A stretch of DNA of 64,000 nt from a virus, in IMG/VR virus record IMGVR_UViG_3300042924_005659. One strand, written 5' to 3'. Below, one piece after another: positions 21,452-30,014 of this stretch (its first letter is position 1; the number at the start of each line of letters is the position of its first letter). A model generated the notes under the pieces. It had not been told where the DNA came from and made no database searches. It worked only from the letters and a program-made list of their open reading frames with translations. The translations under genes and the position numbers were made by a program.

Positions 21452-21742
21452 TCAGGGTTTTACCCTGATCTTGCGTTGAAAGTAAAACAGAATCAGAGAT
21501 CCAGCAAAGACCAGGATGGCTATCGGATACATGGTAGCCAACCAGTTTACTGGAGTTGTCTCGATTGGTTCGACTACTGCAGGCATGAGCTCTGCCGAGT
21601 TCTGCTCCGAAGTAACCACTGTCTCCGGCTCCGCTGTTGGCTCACTAGAGACAATAATTGGAGTTGGAGCGCTGAGCTCCGACAGCTTGGGACTACAGCA
21701 CGCAGACAGGCCTAGAACAAGAACTAACAAGAATCTGGACAT
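21452..21742 (-). CDS. Putative lipoprotein with C-terminal transmembrane helix
   Basis: Signal plus lipobox LVLGLSA-C, Pro/Thr/Glu linker, hydrophobic C-terminal helix with basic tail. Confidence 0.55.
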   Translation of the reverse strand: MSRFLLVLVLGLSACCSPKLSELSAPTPIIVSSEPTAEPETVVTSEQNSAELMPAVVEPIETTPVNWLATMYPIAILVFAGSLILFYFQRKIRVKP

Positions 21743-21793
21743 AGTGGCTCCTATGTTTTGATTTTAACTTGTAAGTATTTATTCTGTAGACTG

Positions 21794-22057
21794 TCAGTCT
21801 GCATATTGCTGCTTGGCGCATATCGAACAATCATTGTGGCTATTTACGGGAACATCCATGCAGCCACAAAGACCGCACCTTTTATATCCTATTTTTTCGC
21901 CCTCCAGCTCCTCTATATATCTTTTAAGCTGCTCAATCTTGTCATGAGCTCGCCTGTAAATGTTTGCCTTAAAAGGAGTTCCGTGAATTCGATCCTCTAA
22001 GTCAGCAAGGCGCTTCATGACTTTAGAGATGTCTTCAGTTTCGAACGGGTTTGACAT
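21794..22057 (-). CDS. Hypothetical protein with C-terminal CxxC..CxxC Zn-finger
   Basis: CGLCG...CSIC. Confidence 0.55.
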   Translation of the reverse strand: MSNPFETEDISKVMKRLADLEDRIHGTPFKANIYRRAHDKIEQLKRYIEELEGEKIGYKRCGLCGCMDVPVNSHNDCSICAKQQYAD

Positions 22058-22338
22058 CAGCTTCCCTCAAGCTCTTCGTCCAGCTGCATGATTCTGGCAA
22101 TAGCGGACTCTCGGTCGGCTTCGAACAGCGCCATGGGCAGTACGGGCTTGTCGGCCGCCTGCTCCATGTTTCTTACAATTCTAAGTATTTCTTCTACGGT
22201 CTCACCCATGACTTGAGCAGGGTGCGTAGTACATGCACGAGGATTGCCTTCGCTGTCGTAGTAGACCTCGAAGATTCCAATAATGCCCGTGTTGGACTTG
22301 ACCAGACGGTAGTTCCAAGTTCTAGGATCGTTTGACAT
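22057..22338 (-). CDS. Conserved phage hypothetical protein
   Basis: WNYRLV...IFEVYY..G.P motif typical of small phage ORFs; operon packing. Confidence 0.6.
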   Translation of the reverse strand: MSNDPRTWNYRLVKSNTGIIGIFEVYYDSEGNPRACTTHPAQVMGETVEEILRIVRNMEQAADKPVLPMALFEADRESAIARIMQLDEELEGS

Positions 22339-22789
22339 CTACTTTTCCGTGAATGAGGTCGTTGAGCAAAATGCCCATATCTACTATTGCTTTTTCTTTT
22401 TGGTAGAGCACCTTTCGGAGCTCAACCAATAGAGCAGACAGCTTGGGATCTGTTTTCTTAAGTCTGTTGGTCTCTTTGGTCAGCCGGTTAAGCAGCGTCT
22501 CCTCGTTAGACGGAGGAGGTGGAAGTTGGAACGTGCGGCGAGAGTCACCTTCGTACAGATAGAACTCGTTGACCTCCATTGGGTACACTTCTAGTTCTTC
22601 GTCCGCATCGACCGAGACGTAGTTGTGAGTTTCCAGCATTATCCAAAGCTTGTTGTAGTCCAGATCGTCCCACTTCATGTTTACTATCTGGATAAGCGTC
22701 GGAGTCTTTGATTCTCCTAGGAAGCAGTTCATACCCCAGTAATAGGGTTTAATGTCCCTAGCTCTTATCTTCTTGGGTTCGGATTGCAT
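22322..22789 (-). CDS. Hypothetical protein
   Basis: ORF track; operon packing. Confidence 0.55.
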   Translation of the reverse strand: MQSEPKKIRARDIKPYYWGMNCFLGESKTPTLIQIVNMKWDDLDYNKLWIMLETHNYVSVDADEELEVYPMEVNEFYLYEGDSRRTFQLPPPPSNEETLLNRLTKETNRLKKTDPKLSALLVELRKVLYQKEKAIVDMGILLNDLIHGKVDVKRS

Positions 22790-22955
22790 GCTCCTCCTCT
22801 TTACTCCTTATCTGAGCATTTAGCTTACGAATTTCTGCCTCCATGCGAGACATTTCCGCATAGGTTGCGGACAGAAGTTCGATTATCTCCGGAGGTAGGT
22901 CGTCACGTTTGGTGGCGTAGCGGACCTCCAGGATTACGTCCCAGTGTTTTGGCAC
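22758..22955 (-). CDS. Hypothetical protein
   Basis: ORF track; operon packing. Confidence 0.5.
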   Translation of the reverse strand: MPKHWDVILEVRYATKRDDLPPEIIELLSATYAEMSRMEAEIRKLNAQIRSKEEEHAIRTQEDKS

Positions 22956-23176
22956 GGTGTGTCCTTTGGCGGATCTCGCCAGCTTCTACCCTGCAGGTAT
23001 CGGAATGCTTCCTCAACAAGCTCTGCTAGTTTTTCTGTGTTGCCGGTTTTGGTATCGGGATTGTAGTAACCGTCCCAGTCAGCCAAGAGCATAGAGGCAT
23101 ATCGTATCCGCGTCTCCAGATCCTTTATGTACGCCGACTGTTTCTCCAGGCTCTGGCCTTGCTCATCCATAGACAT
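22934..23176 (-). CDS. Hypothetical protein
   Basis: ORF track; operon packing. Confidence 0.55.
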   Translation of the reverse strand: MSMDEQGQSLEKQSAYIKDLETRIRYASMLLADWDGYYNPDTKTGNTEKLAELVEEAFRYLQGRSWRDPPKDTPCQNTGT

Positions 23177-23370
23177 AGTCGCTCCATTTCAGAGATGCTG
23201 GGAATACTACACCCCGAGTCGTAGATCCTACCGCAATCAGTAAGCCTGATTGTACGCCTGCCATCAAACTCCTCCACAGCTCTGGCAAATATATGCTCAG
23301 TGCGTAAAGGATGAGGCTTAGCAACCTTCTTTTTCTTAGGACTCAAGAATTCTCCTTGAAGCAGTCCCAA
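23125..23370 (-). CDS. Hypothetical protein
   Basis: ORF track; start uncertain. Confidence 0.4.
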   Translation of the reverse strand: MGLLQGEFLSPKKKKVAKPHPLRTEHIFARAVEEFDGRRTIRLTDCGRIYDSGCSIPSISEMERLCLWMSKARAWRNSRRT

Positions 23371-23684
23371 CCGAAGTCCTTTGCCACCCGCCTTGCTGCC
23401 TGTTCAAGACTCAGATGGTCATGCTTGGGATTAGGGCAAAAGTCGGTAAATCCACGGCAATACTGACGCCGCGCATCGTCACGTTCGGTGGTGAGGCGTT
23501 CCGCCAACTGTTCAAGTGCATCGATACGTCTTGCCATGTACTCCAGTTCATCCACGGCTCCTCGGATAGCTTTTGGGTGCAAATGATCTTCGTTCTCCCG
23601 CAGCGTTTCGATGATCTTCGGCAGATGCGGATTCAGTTTCATGTATGGTACCCGGATCACTTGGTGTCCTCCTGTTGGAAGCAA
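23343..23684 (-). CDS. Hypothetical protein (WDCF-motif paralog)
   Basis: C-terminal ERDDARRQYC...FGWDCFKE. Confidence 0.55.
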   Translation of the reverse strand: MLPTGGHQVIRVPYMKLNPHLPKIIETLRENEDHLHPKAIRGAVDELEYMARRIDALEQLAERLTTERDDARRQYCRGFTDFCPNPKHDHLSLEQAARRVAKDFGWDCFKENS

Positions 23685-23869
23685 TTCCAGCCTCTCTCTA
23701 CTGCTTCTCGCGTAGCTGAGTCTATCGAGCCATTGCCAGAAAGCTCACAGACTTCCCAGCGAAGGCGTTCAATCTCATTGGCCGCTTCAGCTCGTTCGTC
23801 GTTCTGCTTGTCAGTCATGGACGTCCACGATATACGTAGACGATCTACGATGTCAATGTCGTTACTCAT
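23657..23869 (-). CDS. Hypothetical protein (WDCF-motif paralog)
   Basis: Start at MSNDIDIVDRLR (ATGA overlap); C-terminal RWEVC...RGWNCFQQE. Confidence 0.6.
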   Translation of the reverse strand: MSNDIDIVDRLRISWTSMTDKQNDERAEAANEIERLRWEVCELSGNGSIDSATREAVERGWNCFQQEDTK

Positions 23870-24309
23870 CTCGTCTCCTGTTTGAAGCAATCCCATTGCA
23901 GCGCATCTGCAATATCCTCTGGTTTCTTGTCCTGTATGCAGGCTGCTCGATGAGCGCAGACCTCGCGCCGTGCCAGGTCCCGCTGGGCCAGGATTACGTC
24001 GTATTGGTGCTCTACTCGCATCACTGTTCTTTCCAAGGAGACAATTTCCCCCTCTGCTTCACGCCAGGCAGCATGCGATACCCGCAGCTCGTCCACAGCC
24101 CGCAGCAGTAAGTCTTTTAAGAATTTAGGCAGATTGACTGCCTCCTGTTCCAGCTGCTGTATAGTGGAGTTACTGCTGTAGTCCGACCGGGACAACATCT
24201 GAGCGGCGTCCATCATGAGATGGGCCGACTCCAAAGACATCTGAGCCCAGTTATCCGGAGTCCACGTCCGGGACTCTCTCAGCTTTTCAATCAGCTCCGC
24301 TCTTGTCAT
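23866..24309 (-). CDS. Hypothetical protein (WDCF-motif paralog)
   Basis: C-terminal QRDLARREVC...LQWDCFKQE. Confidence 0.6.
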   Translation of the reverse strand: MTRAELIEKLRESRTWTPDNWAQMSLESAHLMMDAAQMLSRSDYSSNSTIQQLEQEAVNLPKFLKDLLLRAVDELRVSHAAWREAEGEIVSLERTVMRVEHQYDVILAQRDLARREVCAHRAACIQDKKPEDIADALQWDCFKQETR

Positions 24310-24926
24310 TTGTCTCCTCTTTCTTGCGATTGCGAAGGCGAATCAGCTCCTGATTCATTGCGGTCAAAGTGTCGATGGCTTTCCGAAATGCTCTGGCATT
24401 CCGCCCCTCTCCCAGGTACCGTTCGACTTCCTCTAGATGCTGTAGTTCGTCTAATAAGAGCTCTAAGTTTGTCTCGTTTAATGGCATTTATTTCTCCGGT
24501 TGCTACTTTCCAGTCCTCGTAAGCTTGCAAGAATTGCTCTCTGCGAGCGTGGTCAATTTTTACGGATTTGTCCTGCAGGGACACAGTGCAGTTACCGATT
24601 CCAAGGGCATCCCAGGCAATTTTAATGAGTTGTTCAAGACGCTCATAATTAGCATCTTTTATTTTGCTGGCAACGTCGCAGATTTTTGCAGCTTCTGGAA
24701 TAGGGAACCTATGTAATTCCATAAACCGCAGTAGCTCCGCAAGATCAACACGTCTATGCGGATTCTTGGCCCCAGAAGGAATTACATGTCCCTTCAGTTT
24801 TCCGTGTTCCAGCCAGCCGGTGACTGTGCGAGACGATACTCTGCATAGTTGAGCTACATCTCCAGTGGTAAGTACAGTCTGGGAAAAGAGCTGCTCAATG
24901 GACTTAGGTTCACGCTTGTATGCCAT
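24306..24926 (-). CDS. Excisionase/MerR-like helix-turn-helix DNA-binding protein
   Basis: LTTGDVAQLCRVSSRTVTGWLEHGKLKGHVIP...HRRVDLAELLRFM, HTH_17-like. Confidence 0.7.
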   Translation of the reverse strand: MAYKREPKSIEQLFSQTVLTTGDVAQLCRVSSRTVTGWLEHGKLKGHVIPSGAKNPHRRVDLAELLRFMELHRFPIPEAAKICDVASKIKDANYERLEQLIKIAWDALGIGNCTVSLQDKSVKIDHARREQFLQAYEDWKVATGEINAIKRDKLRALIRRTTASRGSRTVPGRGAECQSISESHRHFDRNESGADSPSQSQERGDK

Positions 24927-24930
24927 GCTA

Positions 24931-25491
24931 CTACTGCCTCTTTAGATTAGGGATATCGAAGTACAACTCTACACCGCTGCTCTTGGCGAGATTCCTAAAC
25001 GTCGTGTGTACGCACGAACTCTGAATTCCGTACATGCGACCTATTTGAGTTAGAGTCATGCCTTTAAATACATACAGCAGAAGCATCTGTTTTACCTTTG
25101 GAGAGGCCTGCAAATTTTTGATGGCCTCCTCTGTGTATTTAGTTTGGCAGTATCCGGAGTAGGCAGGACTTACCAGGAGGCGTTGAAAGTACGGGATCTC
25201 CGGACCCATGTTGACTGGGTTTTTTGCGTTCTTAACTTTTCTTACGTATTCCTCGCTTCCACGAGTGCGGTAGCCTGTCTCGGTTCTTAAGACGTCTATG
25301 AGTCTTTTGTCTGCAACTTGCTTAAACATCTTGGGATGAATCTTCTTAGAACTCATCTCCAGCAAGACGATTTGTCTTATATCGTCTAAACCGTGGCCAG
25401 GAAGTACCCACTTCTTGTATTTGAAGTTTAGGTACCTACTCACTACTTTGGATAAAGTACTAAGTGCTTTATCGTTGTATTCGTAGGTCAT
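24931..25491 (-). CDS. RNA polymerase sigma-70-like factor (regions 2/4)
   Basis: DDIRQIVLLEM (region 2-like); KVKQMLLLYVFKGMTLTQIGRMYGIQSSCVHTTF (region 4 HTH). Confidence 0.6.
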   Translation of the reverse strand: MTYEYNDKALSTLSKVVSRYLNFKYKKWVLPGHGLDDIRQIVLLEMSSKKIHPKMFKQVADKRLIDVLRTETGYRTRGSEEYVRKVKNAKNPVNMGPEIPYFQRLLVSPAYSGYCQTKYTEEAIKNLQASPKVKQMLLLYVFKGMTLTQIGRMYGIQSSCVHTTFRNLAKSSGVELYFDIPNLKRQ

Positions 25492-25898
25492 TGATGTCCA
25501 GGCCCAGTGTTATGGGATATCCAAGGTTGAGGCCATGGAAATGGAGCAGTGGGATACGGCCGTAGGAGATCACGCTGCAGCTCGGCACTTTGACGCTGCA
25601 GTTCTGCCAGTTCCTTGGTCAGACTTTCAATCTGTTGCCGGGCCGCCTGGAGGTCCTGTATAAGATATGGAAGCTTAGTCCAGGTGTCCTGGTTATCCTG
25701 CTCCATATGCCTGACCACAGATTCAAGTTGCTCTATCTTCTGATCCTTGATTCGTAGAGCAGTCATGGCAGCATCGTGCCAAGCCTTGAACTGCTCTATC
25801 TGGTCAAAGGGAAACACGGTGTCCGGGGCGAGCTTGGTATAGGTACGAGTGGGATCTGTCATGGTCATCTCTTGGTGATTGAATCTATCACGTAGCAT
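25488..25898 (-). CDS. Hypothetical coiled-coil protein
   Basis: ORF track. Confidence 0.55.
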   Translation of the reverse strand: MLRDRFNHQEMTMTDPTRTYTKLAPDTVFPFDQIEQFKAWHDAAMTALRIKDQKIEQLESVVRHMEQDNQDTWTKLPYLIQDLQAARQQIESLTKELAELQRQSAELQRDLLRPYPTAPFPWPQPWISHNTGPGHQ

Positions 25899-25970
25899 AC
25901 GACTACTATCACGCCTACGGCTACAGCTAAGGCAATTACGATTAAAGCGCTAAAAGCGTTTAACAACCAG

Positions 25971-26258
25971 TCACTCATCGTGAACGTCTTCTTCCTCAAA
26001 GTCTTCTCCGTAAAACTGCTTTTCTGCGTCTGAAAGACGACATCTCTTTAGAAATGCAGGAGTGCCGGCACCTACCCAGGCGCCCACTACATTGAACTCC
26101 AGGTATTCCATTGCCTCATCCATAGACATTTTGTCTCTGGTCATGAGCAGCCGAACCGCCAGAGAGTAGTCATACACAAAGATCGTAGGCTGTCCACAAC
26201 GATCTATGGTGCCTAGAAACGCTGACTCAAACCCATCTGCTTTGAGAGTCGGATCCAT
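25971..26258 (-). CDS. Conserved phage hypothetical protein
   Basis: ADGFESAFLG...VYDY...DEAMEYLEFNVVGAWVGAGTP motif. Confidence 0.65.
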   Translation of the reverse strand: MDPTLKADGFESAFLGTIDRCGQPTIFVYDYSLAVRLLMTRDKMSMDEAMEYLEFNVVGAWVGAGTPAFLKRCRLSDAEKQFYGEDFEEEDVHDE

Positions 26259-26336
26259 AAATCCTCTTAGACTATTTTAACAACATTACTTATGTATTTG
26301 AATGCTAAATGGAACGCACAGGCGTACCCTTGCTGA

Positions 26337-26747
26337 TCACCACCAGCCAACTACTACGCCACCATTGTCCGCCACTACTCTGAACCATGCGGTCAGAGCT
26401 TCTAGTTCGGCAGGACTGATGTCGTGTAGTCGGCATTTTTTGTTGTTAAATCCTCTAGCAGTAGCGGAAGCAAAGGCATCCGCTATCTCTCGCACTATCT
26501 CGTTTGGTATCTCCTCTTGGTACAACGTTTCGTTGGCAATACTTTGAACCACGTCGTCGTACACCTTGCCTCTGAAGCTGTGGCCTGCTCCGTTGCCGGA
26601 GAACATTCCGCCACACAGGCAGTTGGGAACATCCTTGAACAGCTCATCCTCCATCGGAATGTACTGGTATTCCCGATCAGGAGTGTCCTCTGGAACGGTT
26701 GGATCGAACTTCGGATTGTGTCTCATGGCATAGGTGTCTAGGCCCAT
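26337..26747 (-). CDS. Conserved phage hypothetical protein
   Basis: Begins MGLDTY; ORF track. Confidence 0.6.
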   Translation of the reverse strand: MGLDTYAMRHNPKFDPTVPEDTPDREYQYIPMEDELFKDVPNCLCGGMFSGNGAGHSFRGKVYDDVVQSIANETLYQEEIPNEIVREIADAFASATARGFNNKKCRLHDISPAELEALTAWFRVVADNGGVVVGWW

Positions 26748-27112
26748 ATGGAACCTCCCTTGTATAGGGGCTCGGGTAAGGTGCGTCCTTTGACCTTTAG
26801 GTCGTGCGTATATTGCATTGGATAATGCTTAGATATACGGAACGCCAGATCTCGTACGTCTCCAGGAACTCTAGGAGTCTTTACGGGATCCAAAAGATTA
26901 AGCAGAAAATCTCTACCGGCATTCAAACCGGCAACCTTGTCAGCATGGCTGCATGCCGGCTCTGTTTCCAGCCTATCCACCATCTGATAGACGGTATAGG
27001 CCGTATTCCTAACAGCTCTTGGAACCTTGGGAAAGAGTCTTGTGTCTAGTAGGTCCATGAAAAACTTTCTGGCCCACATCAATGATCTTATTTCTTCTTC
27101 CTTTGTGCTCAT
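26738..27112 (-). CDS. Hypothetical protein with internal duplication
   Basis: Two similar halves (ARKFFMDLLD..PKVPRAVR / GRDFLLNLLD..PRVPGDVR). Confidence 0.6.
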   Translation of the reverse strand: MSTKEEEIRSLMWARKFFMDLLDTRLFPKVPRAVRNTAYTVYQMVDRLETEPACSHADKVAGLNAGRDFLLNLLDPVKTPRVPGDVRDLAFRISKHYPMQYTHDLKVKGRTLPEPLYKGGSIWA

Positions 27113-27756
27113 AGTCTTCCTGCTACATGTATGGACTTGGCAGCCAATTGATCGATGAGCATCATTGCATCTAGATCCGGAGAATCATTTTTAAATGCTA
27201 TTCCCAGATCCTTGCATCCTCTCCAGAACCAGTGCGGCAGCGTATTGACGTCCTTCCAATACGCAAACCGAGACTTTGCCCGAATGTAGTAGTTTCTGTA
27301 ACTCTCCACCTGCCCTGTCAGCTTGTACTCGTCTGGCATCGCTACTGCGAATGCCTCCAGAGCTCCGGTCTGAATCTTGCCAGGAGGATATCGCAACAGA
27401 GACATTACCGGTTCGGACCGATGCACCTTGCCGTACCGACGAGTGTACTCCCGGCACATGGCAGCACCATGCCGATGCAGCCATAGGTAGTTCTCATGGG
27501 TGCTCCTGGCCCAGACGGAGCATGGATGATTTACGTAGCTGGCCAGATACAGCTGTGTCTCCAGTACGGGATCCGGCAGAGTCCAGCGCTTTACGTTTCT
27601 GTTGGTCAGGGTGAGACCCTGGCCCTGAACGCCGTCGATCAGTCTGTGTGCGGTGCATAGCAGCTGCGTGGTCTCGACGATCATCTTCGGTATGTGCTTG
27701 TCGCACAGAGTATGTGCGGCAATCTCAGGATCGCAGTGGGTGGCAAAAATGTTCAT
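27109..27756 (-). CDS. Pyrimidine-dimer DNA glycosylase / endonuclease V-like protein
   Basis: MNIF..DP..AA..LCDKH..KMIVET.QLLCTAH, NHPCSVWAR, YRNYY motifs. Confidence 0.75.
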   Translation of the reverse strand: MNIFATHCDPEIAAHTLCDKHIPKMIVETTQLLCTAHRLIDGVQGQGLTLTNRNVKRWTLPDPVLETQLYLASYVNHPCSVWARSTHENYLWLHRHGAAMCREYTRRYGKVHRSEPVMSLLRYPPGKIQTGALEAFAVAMPDEYKLTGQVESYRNYYIRAKSRFAYWKDVNTLPHWFWRGCKDLGIAFKNDSPDLDAMMLIDQLAAKSIHVAGRL

Positions 27757-28136
27757 GACTCTTCCTTTATTCCGTAGCTTATCTCTTTGTCCTTCATGGC
27801 CTTGTCTATGAGTTCCTCCAGTCTTTGTTTGGTTACGTCTGCAGGCGGGTCTTTTTCTAGGTAGTACTTCAGAGCCCTGGCCAGCTCCCGCATGTCCTTA
27901 TGGATCTTGTTGTTCTGCTCCCACAGTGAAGATTCCAGTCTACGTTGAGACTCAACGTACTTCTGTTGCAGTAGGACTAAATCCAACGCTTGATGCGTCA
28001 GCTCCGCTAGCTTGGACCACTGTACGGCGGCAGGCAGACTGTTCAGCTCGTGCCTTAACAATCTTACTAAGGTCTTGTGCATAAAAGAACCTGCCTCCGT
28101 TAAGAGACAGGTTCCAAAGAGGGATCCTCTGAGCAT
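27753..28136 (-). CDS. Hypothetical protein
   Basis: ORF track. Confidence 0.5.
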   Translation of the reverse strand: MLRGSLFGTCLLTEAGSFMHKTLVRLLRHELNSLPAAVQWSKLAELTHQALDLVLLQQKYVESQRRLESSLWEQNNKIHKDMRELARALKYYLEKDPPADVTKQRLEELIDKAMKDKEISYGIKEES

Positions 28137-28274
28137 TCAGAGTTTTCGAGACACCCAATAGGTGTAGAGAGCCAGGTAGATCTTCAGTAGTGTCATAGGA
28201 GTGCCTTTGGACTTGAACCAAATTACTGGTGTTATCAGACGAACTGGAATGAACCCTGTGTCTGTTTATAGCAT

Positions 28275-28535
28275 TTACGCCAGCCGCGTCTTTTCAACGC
28301 TGCGTGTTCCCGCCACGCCGGGCACTCGGGTTTTCCGTGTTACCGGCTCTCGGACTATGCCAATGTCCTTTGGAGCCTGGATGAGAATGCGAATAATGGC
28401 GTCTTCTCCGTGACGCTCGTTGATCAGAATCCGAGCGATGACGTTTCCCTCCGCGTCTTTGAGCACGGCAGCTTCCTTGCAGCCGATGCTGAGTGCGAGA
28501 TTGCCAAACTTAACGCTATCCTTAGCCTTCGTCAT
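28275..28535 (-). CDS. CsrA/RsmA-like (carbon storage regulator fold) RNA-binding protein
   Basis: Start re-assigned to MTKAKD (the upstream part overlaps the tmRNA); LALSIGCKEAAVL...IARILI...IIRILIQAPKDIGIVRE resembles CsrA (VRIGIxAPKxxxxxRxE). Confidence 0.55.
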   Translation of the reverse strand: MTKAKDSVKFGNLALSIGCKEAAVLKDAEGNVIARILINERHGEDAIIRILIQAPKDIGIVREPVTRKTRVPGVAGTRSVEKTRLA

Positions 28536-28608
28536 GTACTTGCTTCCATACAAGTGATGTGAAAATTGCGTTATCTGGGAATGCGCAAACCCTCCCTGAT
28601 TGAGACAA

Positions 28609-28974
28609 TGGACCTGGGGGGAGTCGAACCCCCGTGCTGAATGACGTATTGAAAGAGCAACTACAAGCTTATCCCACAATTGCAGTTCGGATTTGCTCGA
28701 CCCCATGGGCAGGGTTTGCAGATCCTATCCGACTTCGATTCTCAACGGGGTTGGCTCGGAAGCCTCCACCGCCATACCCTGCTGGGTTTTATCCTGAGCG
28801 TCTAGCAGGAGTCCTGCTCAGGATTCCAAGTCAGGCCGCTGCGAGAGCGGGGGACTCAGAGGGGACGTACCATTCGTTGGCAGTCTTGATTTAGTCGACT
28901 TTTTACGGAGCCTTTCGACCAACTCCGGCTTGCTCTCTATCGCAACAATCACCAGTCGAAACCTGGTCAGGCCC
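28609..28974 (-). ncRNA. ssrA: tmRNA (transfer-messenger RNA), tag ANEWYVPSESPALAAA
   Basis: 5' GGGCCTGACCAGGTTTCGAC; 3' CACGGGGGTTCGACTCCCCCCAGGTCCA; acceptor stem with G3-U70 and A73; tag ORF at 28881-28831 ending ALAAA-stop; CCA not encoded. Confidence 0.92.
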
Positions 28975-29009
28975 TAAGACTGGAAGCATATCTCAGCTTC
29001 CAGCGAAAG

Positions 29010-29246
29010 TCAAAGGCAGTCTTCCGTCGAGGGAACCTTTCCTTTGCTTTCAAAGAATTTCCAAGCACGGCAAAGCACACAATCTGAATCCCAGCTTTTG
29101 CACCTAGGCCCCCACAGACGCTCCATGGTGCGCTTGGTGTGCTCTCTAGGAGAACACAATTCGCATATTTTGTGCCCATGGTCCGAATCGGACATTGAGA
29201 GTGGATCTGCACAAACTAGGCATCTCATTGATGTATCCTTACTCAA
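29010..29246 (-). CDS. Hypothetical Cys-rich (Zn-binding) protein
   Basis: CLVC...CELC...C...CVLC. Confidence 0.55.
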   Translation of the reverse strand: MSKDTSMRCLVCADPLSMSDSDHGHKICELCSPREHTKRTMERLWGPRCKSWDSDCVLCRAWKFFESKGKVPSTEDCL

Positions 29247-29787
29247 GAGTTACGTAGCCAGTACCTGAGCCATCCGCAGGCCAACGGGGATCCTGCTCAT
29301 GCATGTACTGGTGAAATCGATAGGCTGTTCCCTTTCGCACCAGGATCAGTTCACGGCACTGCTCGTGAGCGCAGTTCATCGTGGAGTTGTCCGCATCGCT
29401 GACGGACTTCAAGTCCGGCAGAAAGAAAGCCTGCTGGCATTTAGGACACTTGACTCCCACCATTACTTTGTTCATTTGTGGTCTTTCGATGTGCAAAAGA
29501 GGCAAAAACTCAGAACTTATCTCAAGATTAGGGCTTTCCCAATCTAAGCCGGCCTCTATAAGCCATTTGTCGAATTTGCTGCAAGTGACAGCCCCTATGT
29601 TTTTCTGAGCCATCCAAAAGCCTCTAGAGAAATGGGCTAGATCGTTGAGTATCAAGTGGTCTACATGGCGCCGCTCTATTTTTAATTTGTAAGCAGCAGA
29701 GCCGCGAAGCCATACGGCTCGTACAGCATTTTTGGCTTTTGTGTTTGGCTCTAGTAAGTCTAGAATTTTTGATGTTGCTGTAACCAT
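29239..29787 (-). CDS. Hypothetical protein with Zn-ribbon
   Basis: CPKC...CAHEQC. Confidence 0.55.
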   Translation of the reverse strand: MVTATSKILDLLEPNTKAKNAVRAVWLRGSAAYKLKIERRHVDHLILNDLAHFSRGFWMAQKNIGAVTCSKFDKWLIEAGLDWESPNLEISSEFLPLLHIERPQMNKVMVGVKCPKCQQAFFLPDLKSVSDADNSTMNCAHEQCRELILVRKGTAYRFHQYMHEQDPRWPADGSGTGYVTLE

Positions 29788-29929
29788 GGTTTAAATTCGT
29801 GCCAGGAATCCGTTATGACCTGGCTTGACCCTACGGGTCCTTTGAAGCCTCGACAGCTAATCTGCCACCTTCAGCGAGGGGATGGGACTGCATCCTCTAG
29901 GGATTGTGCTTCCGGCCTTATTACTGGCT

Positions 29930-30009
29930 GTGACTTGGCAGGATTCCAGCGGGTACCTGCATTCTCCGGTTTATCCTCCGGTGCTTTTGGTCTGTTAAGC
30001 TACAAGTCA
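29930..30009 (-). ncRNA. Degenerate tRNA-like cloverleaf (80 nt)
   Basis: Acceptor TGACTTG/CAAGTCA, TA, D-stem GCTT/AAGC, anticodon stem CCGG/CCGG with 8-nt loop AGGATAAA, T-stem GCAGG/CCTGC with 13-nt loop. Confidence 0.6.
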
Positions 30010-30014
30010 CAGAG

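Noticed and set aside
28536-28706. N-terminal extension of the 143-aa ORF, and + ORF 28634-28894
   Set aside because: These overlap the tmRNA; the CsrA-like start fits the ATG at 28535
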